Positions 12,110 to 24,290 of a DNA stretch of 64,000 bases are shown piece after piece; positions within the stretch are counted from its first letter, which is position 1; every line of letters starts with the position of its first letter. The notes below the pieces were generated by a model that saw only the letters and a list, made by a program, of their open reading frames with translations, was not told the DNA's origin and ran no database searches. The position numbers and the translations under genes are program-made. This DNA is from Callorhinchus milii. Lineage: Eukaryota. Location: the NCBI RefSeq assembly GCF_018977255.1, contig NW_024704742.1, positions 95,110,001-95,174,000 on the forward strand, read 5' to 3'.

Positions 12110-13213
12110 ATGTATCATCCCCTTCCAGGAGAGGCATCAATTGCCCATTTGGTTGACAACCTGGTTGATAGGGGTGTTGCATAGAAAAACCCGTTTTTCT
12201 GCTTGGGCAATCTCTTGACCAATGTCCCATTTGGCCACAGTTAAAACATTGTGCATTCTGAGTCTGAGGTGGGTTAGTATTTACTTGTGGGTACAGTGGG
12301 TATTGGAACTGCGGACCTTGGGGCAGAGGCATTCCGTAATTTCCCTGATTCCACCTATCTTGAGGAGCTGCAGAACGAGGTTGCCATCCCAGTGGGAAGT
12401 GTCCGCGACCTCTGCCTCTTCCTCTGTTCATGCCTCTACCTCTCCCCCAGTACTGTTGCTGAGTGGGTCCAGAAGGCCCATTGTTGAGCCATCAGAAATT
12501 CTGCAGTTTTCTTTTCTAAAGCTTTAGAGTTTTTTTCCTTAAGTTGTTTTTGGCAATGTTTTAAAACTGGCAATACTTCATCAACCGTTTTTCCTTCCCA
12601 TCCAATACAAATTAATTTAAATTTTTCCTGTAAACCAGGATGGCAATTTTGCACAAGTGCAGCAAACAAAAGATGATTGATTATTTTCCAAATCCGCTAT
12701 TCCTGAATTTTCTTTAAAAATTGCTCTCAATCTACCCACAAAGTCCTCTATATCCTCTATCTGTCTTTTCTTTTCCTCTGTTTTACTTTCTTTACCTTCT
12801 TTACTTTCTTTATGTTGCATTTGCAACAGTAACTTCTCGGCATTCCCCCAAAATTTCTCCAGAGGCTGAGAAGCATTCCCTTGCTTACTTTTCTTTACAC
12901 TTTCCTCATGCCTGCGTTCGCTTTCAGTCACCCAGTCATTAAATGCAGACATGTGAGCCTGCATATCATGCCTACATCTACACTTGCCAAAACAACCTCC
13001 CTTCAACAATGCTTTCGCTTCAAGCTTTAGTTTTAAATACCGCAGTCTGTCTCGGTTAAACGAGCCATCGGCTGGCCAACAGTGTATGTTCCCTTTTGTC
13101 CATTTCTCCCACATCTTAAGATACTTTACAGTCTCTTGTCCATAATTATTCAACATGAAGGCACAGGGCGTTCCCTTAGGACAGACCTCCAATTTGGATG
13201 AATTCTGACCCAT
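12110..13213 (-). pseudogene. gag: ERV gag, frameshifted and apparently internally deleted
   Basis: ATG at 13213 (MGQNSS myristoylation signal); WP..GSF matrix motif; EDIEDFVGRL major-homology-like motif; RGRGRG; CFNCGQMGHWSRDC at 12248-12207. Confidence 0.9.
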
Positions 13214-13671
13214 TTTGTTAGTACTTATTACAAGTTTTTTTTTAAAAAATGCATAAACAAAAATCGAAACAATAATACACAAATTTTGTATCTTATACTT
13301 TAAAATGGCCTCGAACCTTTTATTTTCCTATACTTTAATTGCATGCTTTTCTTATACTTTAAATGGCCTCAAACCTTTTATTTTCTTATACTTTATTTTC
13401 TTATACTTTAAATTTTCATACGGGCCTCGAACCCTGGTTAATCCAATTACCTTAAGCGTACACTTTTCTGGCCAATTCGTTTCCTAGAACAGACTACAAT
13501 TTAGACACTAGATGGTAGTGCCATCAACACCAGGAGCGGAACAAAATGGTCAAAACTGAGAGTAAACAATTTCAATGTAAGCAAAGGCTTACCGTTTGTA
13601 TACCGCGGTGAAATTGTTCACTAACAATCCCTCCCTTAGTCGTCCGTTTCCCGAATGCTCATAGGCATATC

Positions 13672-13689
13672 ATCTCGGTGGGACCTCCA
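13672..13689 (-). promoter_or_regulatory. Primer-binding site, tRNA-Gln
   Basis: Minus strand TGGAGGTCCCACCGAGAT is complementary to the 3' 18 nt of vertebrate tRNA-Gln(UUG) (...ATCTCGGTGGGACCT-CCA); 3 nt from the LTR-terminal CA. Confidence 0.92.
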
Positions 13690-13692
13690 AAT

Positions 13693-14171
13693 TGTCGAAC
13701 CCAGGATGTAGTCACTATAGCTAGGATTAAATGAACACTCACAAACAGAGTTAGCTCAAAAATATTGTTTATTTAATACTTGCAGCAAGGAGAGGGAAAG
13801 CGAGAGGCAATACAATAGCACGTCTCTCAGAAGAGTCGGTACTCTCCCTCTACCAATGGGGCAGTCCCATTAGTTTATATACATGATTATTTGCAATCAC
13901 CTCATGCTTAACTCGTGTCTCAAACAATTCTTGCTGTTGATTGACAAGCAACATTCAATCATCACAAGCTTGATTATACATTTGCAGACAGTACAAGGAC
14001 ACTGGTTCTGCTCTAATTATCTGCACTGTTGCTCAAAACCAACTCTAATCTTATCATTGTCGAGACACTCTGTACTTCACGTGATTTAGTCCTTTTACAT
14101 TCCCACACCATAAAGATGAAAAGCAGCAGCCTTCACACTGCAGGCTTACTTTAAAACAGGACCAGATATCA
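13693..14171 (-). repeat. 5' LTR of the ERV (upstream boundary approximate)
   Basis: Ends ...GTTCGACA at 13693; minus-strand AATAAA at 13773-13768 and TATATAAA at 13881-13874; candidate TGATATC start at 14171 where a SINE remnant begins. Confidence 0.75.
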
Positions 14172-14644
14172 TACAATCAATACACTTGACAGAAATTACC
14201 TGTGAAGCATTATGAGATGTTTCGACATCATAGGGGCTATATTAAATGCAAGTATTATATTATTACTCTGTAACTGCTTTTAAAAAAATTGCTTTCGAGT
14301 TTATTTTTCCCTTCATCCTGACTCATATCTATTAACACATTTATGTTTCAATTGTACTTTCGCATATACCTGAGCACTGATGTTCAGCAGTTTCAGATGG
14401 CAGAGAGCAGCTCGGAAATGCTTTGGCTCCTACTTCCAGAAAATGTGGCCTCAGAAGAAAACAAATGGAGCTTCAATGCACTAAAGAAAAACAAAGTCAA
14501 GCAGGTCTGCAGTGGAGCAGGCATTGGGACTGTGTCATTACTGCCATCATCCAACTGGAAAAATGATGTCAAACATTGTAGTTACAACTTGCTAAGCACA
14601 CTAATTCACGCTTTAATCTGAAGGAAAAATAAAATGTTACATAG

Positions 14645-14950
14645 ATAATAATAATAATAATAATCCTTGCATTTGATATAGCGCTTTTCACGTCGGGAGG
14701 ACGTCCCAAAGCGCTTCACAGAATACACTGTAAAGTGAATTGACTGTATACTTTGTGGACGAAACGCGGCACCCAATTGCGCACAACAGTGTCCCACGAA
14801 CAGTCGTGGATTCCATGACCAAATTTTTTTTAAGAGGTTATAACCACCCGAAAAGGGATCCAGCAATCACCTAACAAGCGGGTTTCTACTTACTGCTGGG
14901 TAAACAGAGGTGTGTAGAGTAAGGAAACTTGCCCAAAGTTTCGCCCTGCC
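14645..14950 (-). mobile_element. tRNA-derived SINE, long form, head truncated
   Basis: Collinear with 36803-37159; tail shares cgctttgggacgtcctcccgacgtgaaa with L2. Confidence 0.88.
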
Positions 14951-17044
14951 CTTTTGCTTTTGTGTTGTTTATGGAGAGAGATGTTACCACAGGACAACAA
15001 GATGCTTTCTCATTCTGAGTATATTTTAGCTGTAGTTTGGTGAGGTGTGGTAAAGGTGCATCACCGTAAAAGTTTTGGTGCCACTTACTGTGTGTGGTGG
15101 TGCCTTTGCTTCTCCACTGTTAGCGTTAACAACAAGGTAGAAGCCAATGGGATAGTCCACCAATAACTGAGCAATGGATGGTCTCAACAAGGTCAATAAC
15201 GTCATTATTATTATATTATAGGAGTATTATTATTATTATTATATTATTTGTATAACCAGCTGTGGTGTGTGGACTTTTCATCCAAAAATGGAGAAATAGA
15301 AAACCTGCTAAAGGCAATTTCAATTACGATCACAAGATGGCATTAAGAACCTTAAGGTTGGAAGATTTCACAGCATGTAAATTGGGAAAAACGCCTGGAA
15401 CAAAGTTATGAGGAAGGTAAATGCACTTTCAAAGAAATGCACAAGTGGCAAGATTTGAGGAGTGTGAAAGTTCTGCTGTAATATTTTTGGATGAAGTATT
15501 GTGCTATGAAATATTGGAAAAGGATTTCAAATGGCTCCATGATGTCAGAATAAAAATGCCCATTTAGGTACTTTAAATGGACTTTAAAGATTCCATGGCA
15601 CAATTTGAAATGAGAAGGGAGTTTTCTCCTTGGGTCCGGGCCAACAGTTTCCCCAAATAAAATTTCATGGTTCTTTGTGGGACATTGCTGCATACAAATT
15701 GGATGCCCTGTTCGCCTACAAAATAATACAACAACAACTTGCATTTATATAACACCCTTCACACAGGGTAGCAGCCTGGAGCGCTTAATACTTAATAATA
15801 CTTCCAGTTGATAGAGCCTTTTTGAGTCGGGAGGACAACTTATAGCACTTCACACGATACACTGTAAAGTGGAGTGACTGTATTTAGTAGGCGAATACTC
15901 ATAGTCACTACACTTTATAGTAAATCCTATAATATATTTCGCACACCAGGATCTCTACATACATTATCAGCTTATGAAGAACTGTGACCATAATATTGTA
16001 CCTTTGAACTTTAGAAAACAACTACTCACATATGCGTGCCTTTCATGGAGAATAGACACCTAGAGCACTTATACTGAAGGCTTTCTCAAGTGCTGTGGAA
16101 TTTTATGTAGTCATGGTGAAGTGATTTGCAATGTGCAGGTGGTGGCTGTGAGGCCTCAGTGCTGTATTTTCATAAGCACACAAAATGCATGTAGTGCACG
16201 TCAGTACGCATTGATATGCTGGCACGCTTCAAAAATAATGTAAGTAATTGGGTTAAATGGGCACGTCTTGACTGCCATAATAATTCCTACACCTGTGTTT
16301 CCCTGTCAGTAATTAATTTTGATAAGCTAAATTGGTATATAATAACTGTAGTCAATGAAAAACAGGTGGCAGCTTCCAACCTAGAAGTGCTCATAGGACC
16401 GGAGGAAGCTTGGTCTCTCTCTCCTGGACCCTTTCTCCAGGTAGCAAAGAGAAGGGAGAGTTCTCCTTGTGTCCAAGCCAACAGTTTCCCCAGATAAGTG
16501 GGGGTGGGGGGAATGCCAAGTTGGGGAATGCCAAGTTGGGGAGTGCAGTAGGCACCAATGGTAATCTCAATTCTGTTTGTCATTAGAACACATAGTATAT
16601 AGGGCTGTTGTGAGCATAAAATTGGATGTGCAGACGACATAAAAGAATTATAGGAAAAATTGTTGTGGATGTTTATATTTTGCAACATTCCTTTTCGTTT
16701 CTAATGAATTTTATTTGTAGAGTGCTTCTTGCTTTGAGACTTTGATTTTGCTCGAAAGGCTCCATTTAAATGCAAGTTATTATTACTATTAGCCTTGTGT
16801 GTGTATTTGCCGTCTTATTGTACCCTCTCTACTAACACTGTTCTCAATGCTGACATCTGTGAGGCCGGATTATGCACTTGATCATCTTTGGTTTGTAGAC
16901 CATGATGGCTTTCAACCGCTGGTTAGTGCGATTGTGGCTTTTATTCTGTGTTTCCTTCAGTAAAAAGTCACATTTACAATAAGTTAAGAGCAAGTAGAAT
17001 TCCCTTCACACACAAATACCCCACCCCACCACCACGCCCGGCAC

Positions 17045-17355
17045 ATCAAGATCAAGCTTTCCAAAGTCCAATATAGCACAAATCAGATGTAGTAAAGATT
17101 CTGCACTTCTGCTTTACCCCTAATCTCAGAGGCTGACCCCCTGCTGCACCAGTATGACATTTTCCATTTCCCACTGCGCCGCTCTGAATGAGGCTGACAA
17201 TTTAACAGCATTATTGCTCTGTGAATCTTACTCGCTGGGAAATGAGTTCAAATTGCTCAAATTAATTTTATCTGGGCCTTGGCAGAGAGCAGACCTTCAT
17301 TCCACTGGTATGAGGTAGATTTAAAACTGGGCCGCGATGAAAGACTGTTGCACCT
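17045..17355 (-). mobile_element. LF-SINE-like ancient element, degenerate
   Basis: Patchy similarity to the reverse complement of 32765-33270 (tgtgcta.a.....t.gga....ttgat block; ctttca head). Confidence 0.4.
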
Positions 17356-17728
17356 GATGCCCTCATTTGCAAGAATGTATAATTTATAGAGAAAATGCTG
17401 GAGACAGTGGCAAAATGCACTGTTGTTCCCAAAGCTTTGTTAACAAAGTTTTGCTCACAAAATACAGTTAGTCCACTTTACAGTATATTCTTTGAAGTGC
17501 TTTGACGTTTCTCAACAATGCGATAAGGCACTGTATCAAATGGACAGATTATAAGAACATTAGAACATAAGAAATGCTAGGTGAAAAAAGACTAAGGCCC
17601 ATCTAGTTTGCCTTCCACTTTCCTGACAGTCATATGCACATATGTCCCAAACTACCTATGTACTATATCCCATAATGTTATTTCCTAAAAGAAAGTTATT
17701 TAATGGATGTTTGAAAGCATCAACACAT

Positions 17729-18245
17729 CATGCAAAACTCTGCAGCTCGTATCCTCTCCCGCACCAGGCTCCATGACCCCCATCAACCCCACTCTCGCCC
17801 GGCTCCACTGGCTCCCCATTCTTCAGAGGATAGAATTCAAAATCCTCATCCTCACTTTCAAGGCTCTGCCCCCTCCTACCTCTCTGACCTGCTGACCACC
17901 TATCAACCTGTCCGCTCCCTCCATTCAGCAGGTTCCAGCCTGCTCCATGTCTCCCGCCCGTAGCACCCTACAATTGGCAGTCGGGCCTTCAGCCTCTTTG
18001 CCCTCACCCTTTGGAATTCCATCCCACAATCCCTTCACCTTGCTTCTTCCTTTGCCTCCTTCAAGCTGTGACTCAAGACACTCCTTTTCAACCGTGCCTT
18101 CAGTCGCTCTCCTACCTCTCTGCCCTCCCTCATCCCAATCCCGTCCCCCATGCTCGGTTCCTGATTCCTGACTGTTAAGTGCCTTGGGACGTTCTCCCGA
18201 CGTGAAAGGCGATTTACAAATGTAATTTTGTTGTTGTTGTTGTTG
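17729..18245 (+). mobile_element. L2 LINE 3' fragment
   Basis: QNSAARIL, P.LARLHWLPI..RIEFKIL.LTFKAL; (GTT)n tail. Confidence 0.9.
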
Positions 18246-18255
18246 TGCACTGAAT

Positions 18256-19220
18256 TCTATCTCTCTGCCTCCACCCTTGACTCCAGGATCACTGCTGTCC
18301 TGACAGAATGTCTGTCAGACATCACGTCCTGGATGAGAGCTAACTTTCTTAGGTTGAAAGTCAGCAAAGCCAAGACCCTGCTGATTGGCTCTCGTCGGCT
18401 CCTCCACACCTCAGGCGCCAATAGCATCACCATCCATGGATGCACACTCCACCTTGCTAAGCCAGTCCAGAACCTTGGCATCTTGTTCAACCCTCAACTG
18501 TCCTTTCTACTCCACATCCGCGCCATGAACCCGTTCTGCCTTCCCCCACCTCCTCAACATCACCTAACTCCACCACTGCCTCTCCCCTCAGGCCGCAGAG
18601 ACCCTCTTCCACACATTTATCACATCTAGGCTCAACTATGCCAACTCCCTGCTTGTTGGCCTTCCCAATTCTTCCGTCCACAAGCTGCAAATCATCCAGA
18701 ATTCTACAGCTCGTGTTCTCTCCCGCACCAGGCTTTGTAACTCTATTAGCCCCACCCTTGCCCGGCTCCACTAGCTCCCCGTCCCCCAGAGGATAGAGTT
18801 CAAAATCCTCATCCTTGCCTTTAAGGCCCTCCATGGACTTGCTCCTTCCTACCTCTGTGACCTGCTAACCTCATATCAACCTGTCCGTTTCCTCTGATCA
18901 GCAGGCTCCGGCCTGCTCCACTTCCCTTGCTTGGTCTGTCCCACCATCGCTGGTCAGACCTTCAGTCACTCTACCCCCATCCTTTTGAACTCCATCACAC
19001 AGTCTTTTCATCTTGCTCCTCCTTGCCTCCTTCAAGGCATGACTCAAGACCCTCTGCTTCAACCGTGCCTTTGGCCACCCTCCTACCCGTACTCTCCCTA
19101 CCCTCCACTCTCAACACCCGATCCCAACCCCCAGTTCGGATCCAAACCTCGACTGTCCAGCACCTTGAGATGTCTTCCCGACGTGAAAGGCGCTATACAA
19201 ATGTAATTTGTTGTTATTGT
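18256..19220 (+). mobile_element. L2 LINE 3' fragment (RT C-terminus to tail)
   Basis: CLSDI.SWM.ANFL.L...K, VQNLGILF.PQLSF, SRL.YANSLL.GLP; L2 tail. Confidence 0.92.
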
Positions 19221-20206
19221 TTCTATTGATCTATGCTCTTCATTTTTCACCTTAGTGACTTTTGCTTCCAAATCAGAGACTGGACACGAGGCAAATCAAT
19301 GGAAAATTGTGACAAAGTTAAACAAAACAAATTCAATTAAAAATGAAAGGCCTACACTTTCTTCTTAGCTGTGATTATTTTTTCTGAATAAATAATCTAG
19401 CAGCAGGGGAATAATAATAAATCTATTGCCTGTAACATTAACTTTCCAAATTAAATTCAAGTCATAATGATGTAAATTAATTGCCTTATTGCTTCAGAAA
19501 TTAGCCACCTTTAAAATAAGTTTATCGTGCATATAAGGAAAACACAGTGAGGTAACTACAGACAAGCAATAAAAGCATGCACTTCACAAGATTGATTCAG
19601 ATTGTCTTGCTGTCTTGCTCCCTTGCTGTCTTGGACATCCTCCTGACGTGAAAGGTGTTATACAAATGTAATTTTTTTGGTGTTGTTGTCCCTTCAAAAC
19701 TGAAGAGCCTTATTTTGTCCAATATTTGATCTTAACTTTCAACTAACACTGGGGATTATTCTTGTTGTGGGACACTGCTGTGCTCCTACAAACTATACTG
19801 TTACTTTATTCTGTTAAGCACTTTGAGATGCCCTCCCAATGTGAAAGGCGCTATATCAAATGCAAGGATTATTATAAAGAGTTTTTACAGAGATGAGTGC
19901 TACTGATTACATTTTCTGGTGTAATGCCCTATTGTAACTGTTTATTGGCAGTTTTAGGGACCTTGGCTGGCTCGGAACACCACAGTTATTCTTGTCAGTA
20001 GTTAGATTACATCTGTACCTCCTCTGATATATCCAGAGTCATCTTCCCTGGGGAGAGGTAAGCAGGGTCTCCTTGGAGCTAAACTGGCAAGAAGATGTCA
20101 TGCAATGCTTAGCAATGCGATGTCTGAATAAAGTCAACCATCTATGGCTGTCTTGTTATTATGGTTCCTGAGCCAGGTGGATCCACAGTACACCAGGGCG
20201 CTGCAG

Positions 20207-20390
20207 GTGACAGACAGACAGACAGACAACCTGGCTCATCAGCAAGACTTGGCAGGGCAGACCAGTCACCGGGGGGGCAGGGAATTATCCACTCAACTCT
20301 GCATACTGCAAGCCAAAGCCCTAATAGTCCTAGCTGGATAAGCAGCAGGGAGCTTACCAGGCAGTGCTTTCAATGGCAAGCTATGTGTTT
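20207..20390 (-). repeat. Family X 3' part ending in (TCTG)n
   Basis: (gaca)n-acctggctcatcagc..gacttg...ctgcaagccaaagcc matches 27048-27150. Confidence 0.65.
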
Positions 20391-20436
20391 TATTACCTGG
20401 CCCATCATCAACAGGGTAGATCCAACTGGCTCAAGA

Positions 20437-20790
20437 ACAACGACAACAACAATTTGCATTTATGTAATGCCCTTCACGCAAGGTAGCATCCCAGAGCGCT
20501 TGACAGTTGCGGAGTTTCACACCAAGCCAGGGGAAGAGGGAGGGATGAGGGAGGGAGGGAGGGAGAGAGTAAGGCAAGGGGATTGAGGAAGAGAGTTCCA
20601 GAGTTTCAGAGCATAATGGCTGAAGGCATGGCCACTGATGGGGGAGTAGAGGTGATAAGGGACAAACAGGAGGCCAGAGCCAGCCGAGCAGAGGTAGTGG
20701 GTGATGGAGTGGGGGGTAAGCAAATTGGATAGGTGGGGAGGTGTGAGGACATGAAGGGATTTGAAAACATGTGAGAGGATCTTGATGGCT
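20437..20790 (-). mobile_element. L2 LINE 3' fragment
   Basis: SAGSGLL.VP...G.AFS.YA..LWNSLP; (aac)n tail on + strand. Confidence 0.8.
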
Positions 20791-20934
20791 CAGTAAGGAA
20801 TTACAGAGGATCAATTTGGAGATTTGGATAAGTTACCTTGGGGACAGCCCAGGTTCCAAAGCTTACCCAACTGTTCCCAAATTTTTAACTCCCAACTGTC
20901 CTTTAAAACTCATATCCGTGCTCTGACCTGATCA

Positions 20935-21425
20935 GTTTCCCCATCTTTGTAACATTGCCCGCCTTCACCACTACCTCTTCCATTGGAGCCGAGACCATAA
21001 TCCATGCATTCATCACCTCTGAGCTTGAATTTGCCAGAATACCCACCTCTCCCTTCTCAAGCTGCAGACTATCCAGAACTTTGCAGTTTGTGTCCTTTCC
21101 CCCATTAGGCTCTTGAGTCTATCAGTCATATCCTCACCTAGCTCTACTGGGTCCCCAACCTCCAGTGAATTGAGTTCAAGATCCTCATCCTAACCTGTAA
21201 AGCCCTCCTTGCTCTTGCCCCACCCTACCTCTGTGACATTCTCAAACCTTACAAACCCACTTACTTCTTCCACTCCTTCACGTTCCCCCATCCTGCCTGC
21301 TCCACCATTAGCAGTCGGGCTTTCAGTGTATCTGCCCCATCCTCCGGAACTCCATCCCGGAATCTCTATGACTCACGTTTTCCCCTCACCTCCTTCGAGG
21401 TCTGCCTCAAGACCTTTGTTGCATA
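20935..21425 (+). mobile_element. L2 LINE fragment, degenerate
   Basis: aacattgcccgcct, ccagaactttgcag, ttcaagatcctcatcct as in other L2 copies. Confidence 0.7.
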
Positions 21426-22632
21426 TTGCTTTAAGGCTAAATTGGCAATTGGACATGACAATGAGAAGCAAGCAGGAAGCATAAAAGGATTCTGGTAAAG
21501 TGACTGGGCAGAGTGTTGAGGAGAGTGGAGGTGTAAGGTTGAAATAAAGGAATTATTGAATCTGAACTGTGTCGTGGATTGACGAACAATACAATTTTCC
21601 TCTTTGATCGTGCCTTCGGTCATCTTTTGCCATCCCATCCCCAACCTACTTAGCACCCACACTCAGCTCGAGAGGAGGCCCTGAATGCCTTGGGACATCC
21701 TCTCAAAGTGAAAGCTACTGGACAAATGTAAATTTGCTGTGGTTTATATCTCCTCTCCACCCCCCCAAGAAAGCTTGTGGGTCACATGATCTATGAGGAG
21801 GCAGTCAGATACACAAAAAGAATGTGTACAAATCCCAGTCTCTCGTTTCTATGAACTTCTGATATAATGTTGTACAACAGATACAAAACACATTGTAACT
21901 GTTGCCAACAGTTTGCAGCTCAATGGTTGTCGTGTTTACAGTGAATGTCCACACCGAAAATGCCTATCAGGGGCTGTGCTAATTAATGTTGCACATCAAC
22001 ATCATTAGAATGAGAAAGAAAGCTACACAAAGTTTGGGTCAGTCTAAATCAGGCCCTTAATTGAATCTTTAAGATGGGTCGACCATGAAAAATACAATTT
22101 CAACAATTTCAATGAGAATATAAAAAGATTTTACAAGTCTCGTTAATGCTTACCTTTACCTTTCACCAAGTGCTGTGAATTTAATGTCAAGTTAACTTAA
22201 TGTCAAGTCCTTGAAGTGTTCAAAATGTTCATTTTTTGATTAATTGATATTCCAGTGGATCATTTTAGTACTATAGCATAAATAGTACAGAAATAAAGCA
22301 GCTCCTGGCAACTCCTGATCATATTACTATAATACAGTAATAGGGTTTGTTTCAGTGTCAGAGTGAGAAAGAAAAAAAATTATCAAATTTGCAGGTACAA
22401 ATTCTGGTTGGCATCCCAATATTTGATATAACAGGAAATACCCATTGAAGGCAAACATTGTCAATGTCACTAGATGGAACGCTGACCAAAATGTCAGTCA
22501 CTTGGAGCTCAGAGTGACTGGCATTTCTCTGGATCTGACTTCAAGTTAAGCATCAATGATATTTTCAAAATTTAGTACAATGGAAATGGTTGTACAATGT
22601 GGATGAATATATTAAAAGTTCTTCAAAGACTA

Positions 22633-22977
22633 AATAATAATAATCCTTGTATTTGATATAGCACCTTATCATGTTTTCAAGATGTCTCAAAGCGCTTCAC
22701 AGAATATACTACAAAGTGCAGTGACTGCATATTTTGTGCCGAAACGCAGCAGCCAATTGCACACAGCAGTGTCCCACAGACAGTCGTGGATTGAGTGACC
22801 ACATTATTATATTATTATTATTATTTTGAAGGGATTATTACCTCTGGAAAGCGATCCTCCAATTTTTTTAAAGAGATTATTACCACCGGAAAAGGGATCC
22901 ACCAATCAACTAACAAGCAAGTTCCTACTTACTGCTAGGTAAACAGGTGTGTGTGGGTGTAGAATAAGGAAACTTGT
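22633..22977 (-). mobile_element. tRNA-derived SINE, long form, head truncated
   Basis: Collinear with 35440-35834; internal duplication of the gattattac..ggaaa..gatcc segment. Confidence 0.88.
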
Positions 22978-23635
22978 CATTTTATAATATTAATAATCCT
23001 TACATTTGATAAAGTGCCTTATAATAACAATAATTATCCTTGCATTTAACATAGCAAATGTCAAATTAAATGACCCTTAAGAAGGTGATTACTGTGTATA
23101 ACTGGAGGGAGATCCACTATCCTATAAATATTATTGAAGAGACCACTGAAGGAGAAGATGGAAAAGATTTACCTTGGAATAAGGCATTACAATCTGAAGT
23201 ATTCTTTCATGTGATCCTTGACTTAGTTAGCACAAGGGAAATGTTAAGGAACACCTCAACTTTCACCCAATAAACAAATAAAGCATCTCAAACAAGATTG
23301 TCTCTCCATTATCAACTTAAAGTTGAAATTTCCTACAGGAACCAGAATAATAAAATATATTTAATTTGCAACTAACTTTAGTAACATGCTTGAAAACCCA
23401 GCATTGATGTGTTTATGCCTTTTCACTGGAATGTAAGATATCATTAATGACAACAAAGTAACAAGCATTTCTATGTTGCTTTCCAATGACTTCCTGTCTC
23501 AGAATAGTTCTATCTGTTGCTGGTATTAATAAAATTATTTTAAATTGCAAAAAATCAATGTAAGAACATCCTTTTTTTTCTGAATTGCTAAAATGTAGTA
23601 AGTTGTATTATCTGTGTCTTATTTTTAACTAATCT

Positions 23636-24290
23636 CAGGTGTCAGCCTGGCTCAGTTGGTGGCAGTCACACCTCTGAATTCAGAAGGCTTTTTTTTGGTC
23701 AGCTTGTGTCTGACATATGTGGAAACCTATCCCAATGCTAATGATTATCCAAAGCAGACTGAGAATTCCATGCATGCCACATACACATGGAAATTCCCAT
23801 GTTTGGAATGGAATGCACACTCTCTCCCTGGAGGGACGCATTGCTGCTTACCTAATTCCAGAGAATATTAGACACAAGTTGGCAATAGCCAAAGCTTCAG
23901 GACCACATTGGGGTACTGCTGTAGTTAAACCAGCTAAAACCACAAAGCTTGCCATCCAGAAGACTTTGCCCCATGTCAGTGCTTTGAGTTCATAGTCAAG
24001 GTTGACATTCCAAAACAGTGCTGGGGGTGCCCTGCAGTTGTCCTTCAGATGAGACATTAAACGTGTCTGCCTGTTCAGATGGATGTTAAAGATTTCATTG
24101 CCCTATTCTGAACTACAATCTCGCAGCCAAAATTCACTTCATAACTGTTTGTGGACATTGCTATGTGAAAATTGATTGTGGTGTTTGTCTACAAAAATAC
24201 AGTCACCACACTCTACAGTGAATCCTATGAAGCATTTAGAGATGTTTCAATGATATGACAAGGCTCTAGGATTATTATTGTTATTATTAT
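23636..24290 (+). mobile_element. Deu-domain SINE interrupted by a family X insertion (23697-23963)
   Basis: Head ggtgtcagcctggctcagttgg..ctctgaattcagaagg resumes at ~23975 with gtcaaggttgacattcc, cttcagatgagacattaaac and the tail. Confidence 0.75.

Larger units (their letters stand above)
8860..14171 (-). mobile_element. Epsilon-like (class I) endogenous retrovirus, defective: LTR-PBS-gag-pro-2H-RT-RNaseH-IN(N-terminus); env and 3' LTR absent
   Basis: Collinear minus-strand ORFs with MGQNSS matrix start, CCHC knuckle, LVDT(R)A protease, YVDD RT, YTDSRYAF RNase H, integrase CxxC; PBS adjacent to an LTR end. Confidence 0.95.

Noticed and set aside
14221..14227. ttcgaca as an inverted-repeat partner of the LTR end tgtcgaa
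   Set aside because: It lies inside a SINE tail remnant (14171-14265), so the match is probably coincidental.
14370..14480. Minus-strand 111-nt exon-like segment with AG/GT boundaries
   Set aside because: Stop codons in all three frames; no support as a coding exon.
16508..16537. 15-bp perfect tandem duplication ggggaatgccaagtt
   Set aside because: Simple slippage within a decayed SINE fragment.
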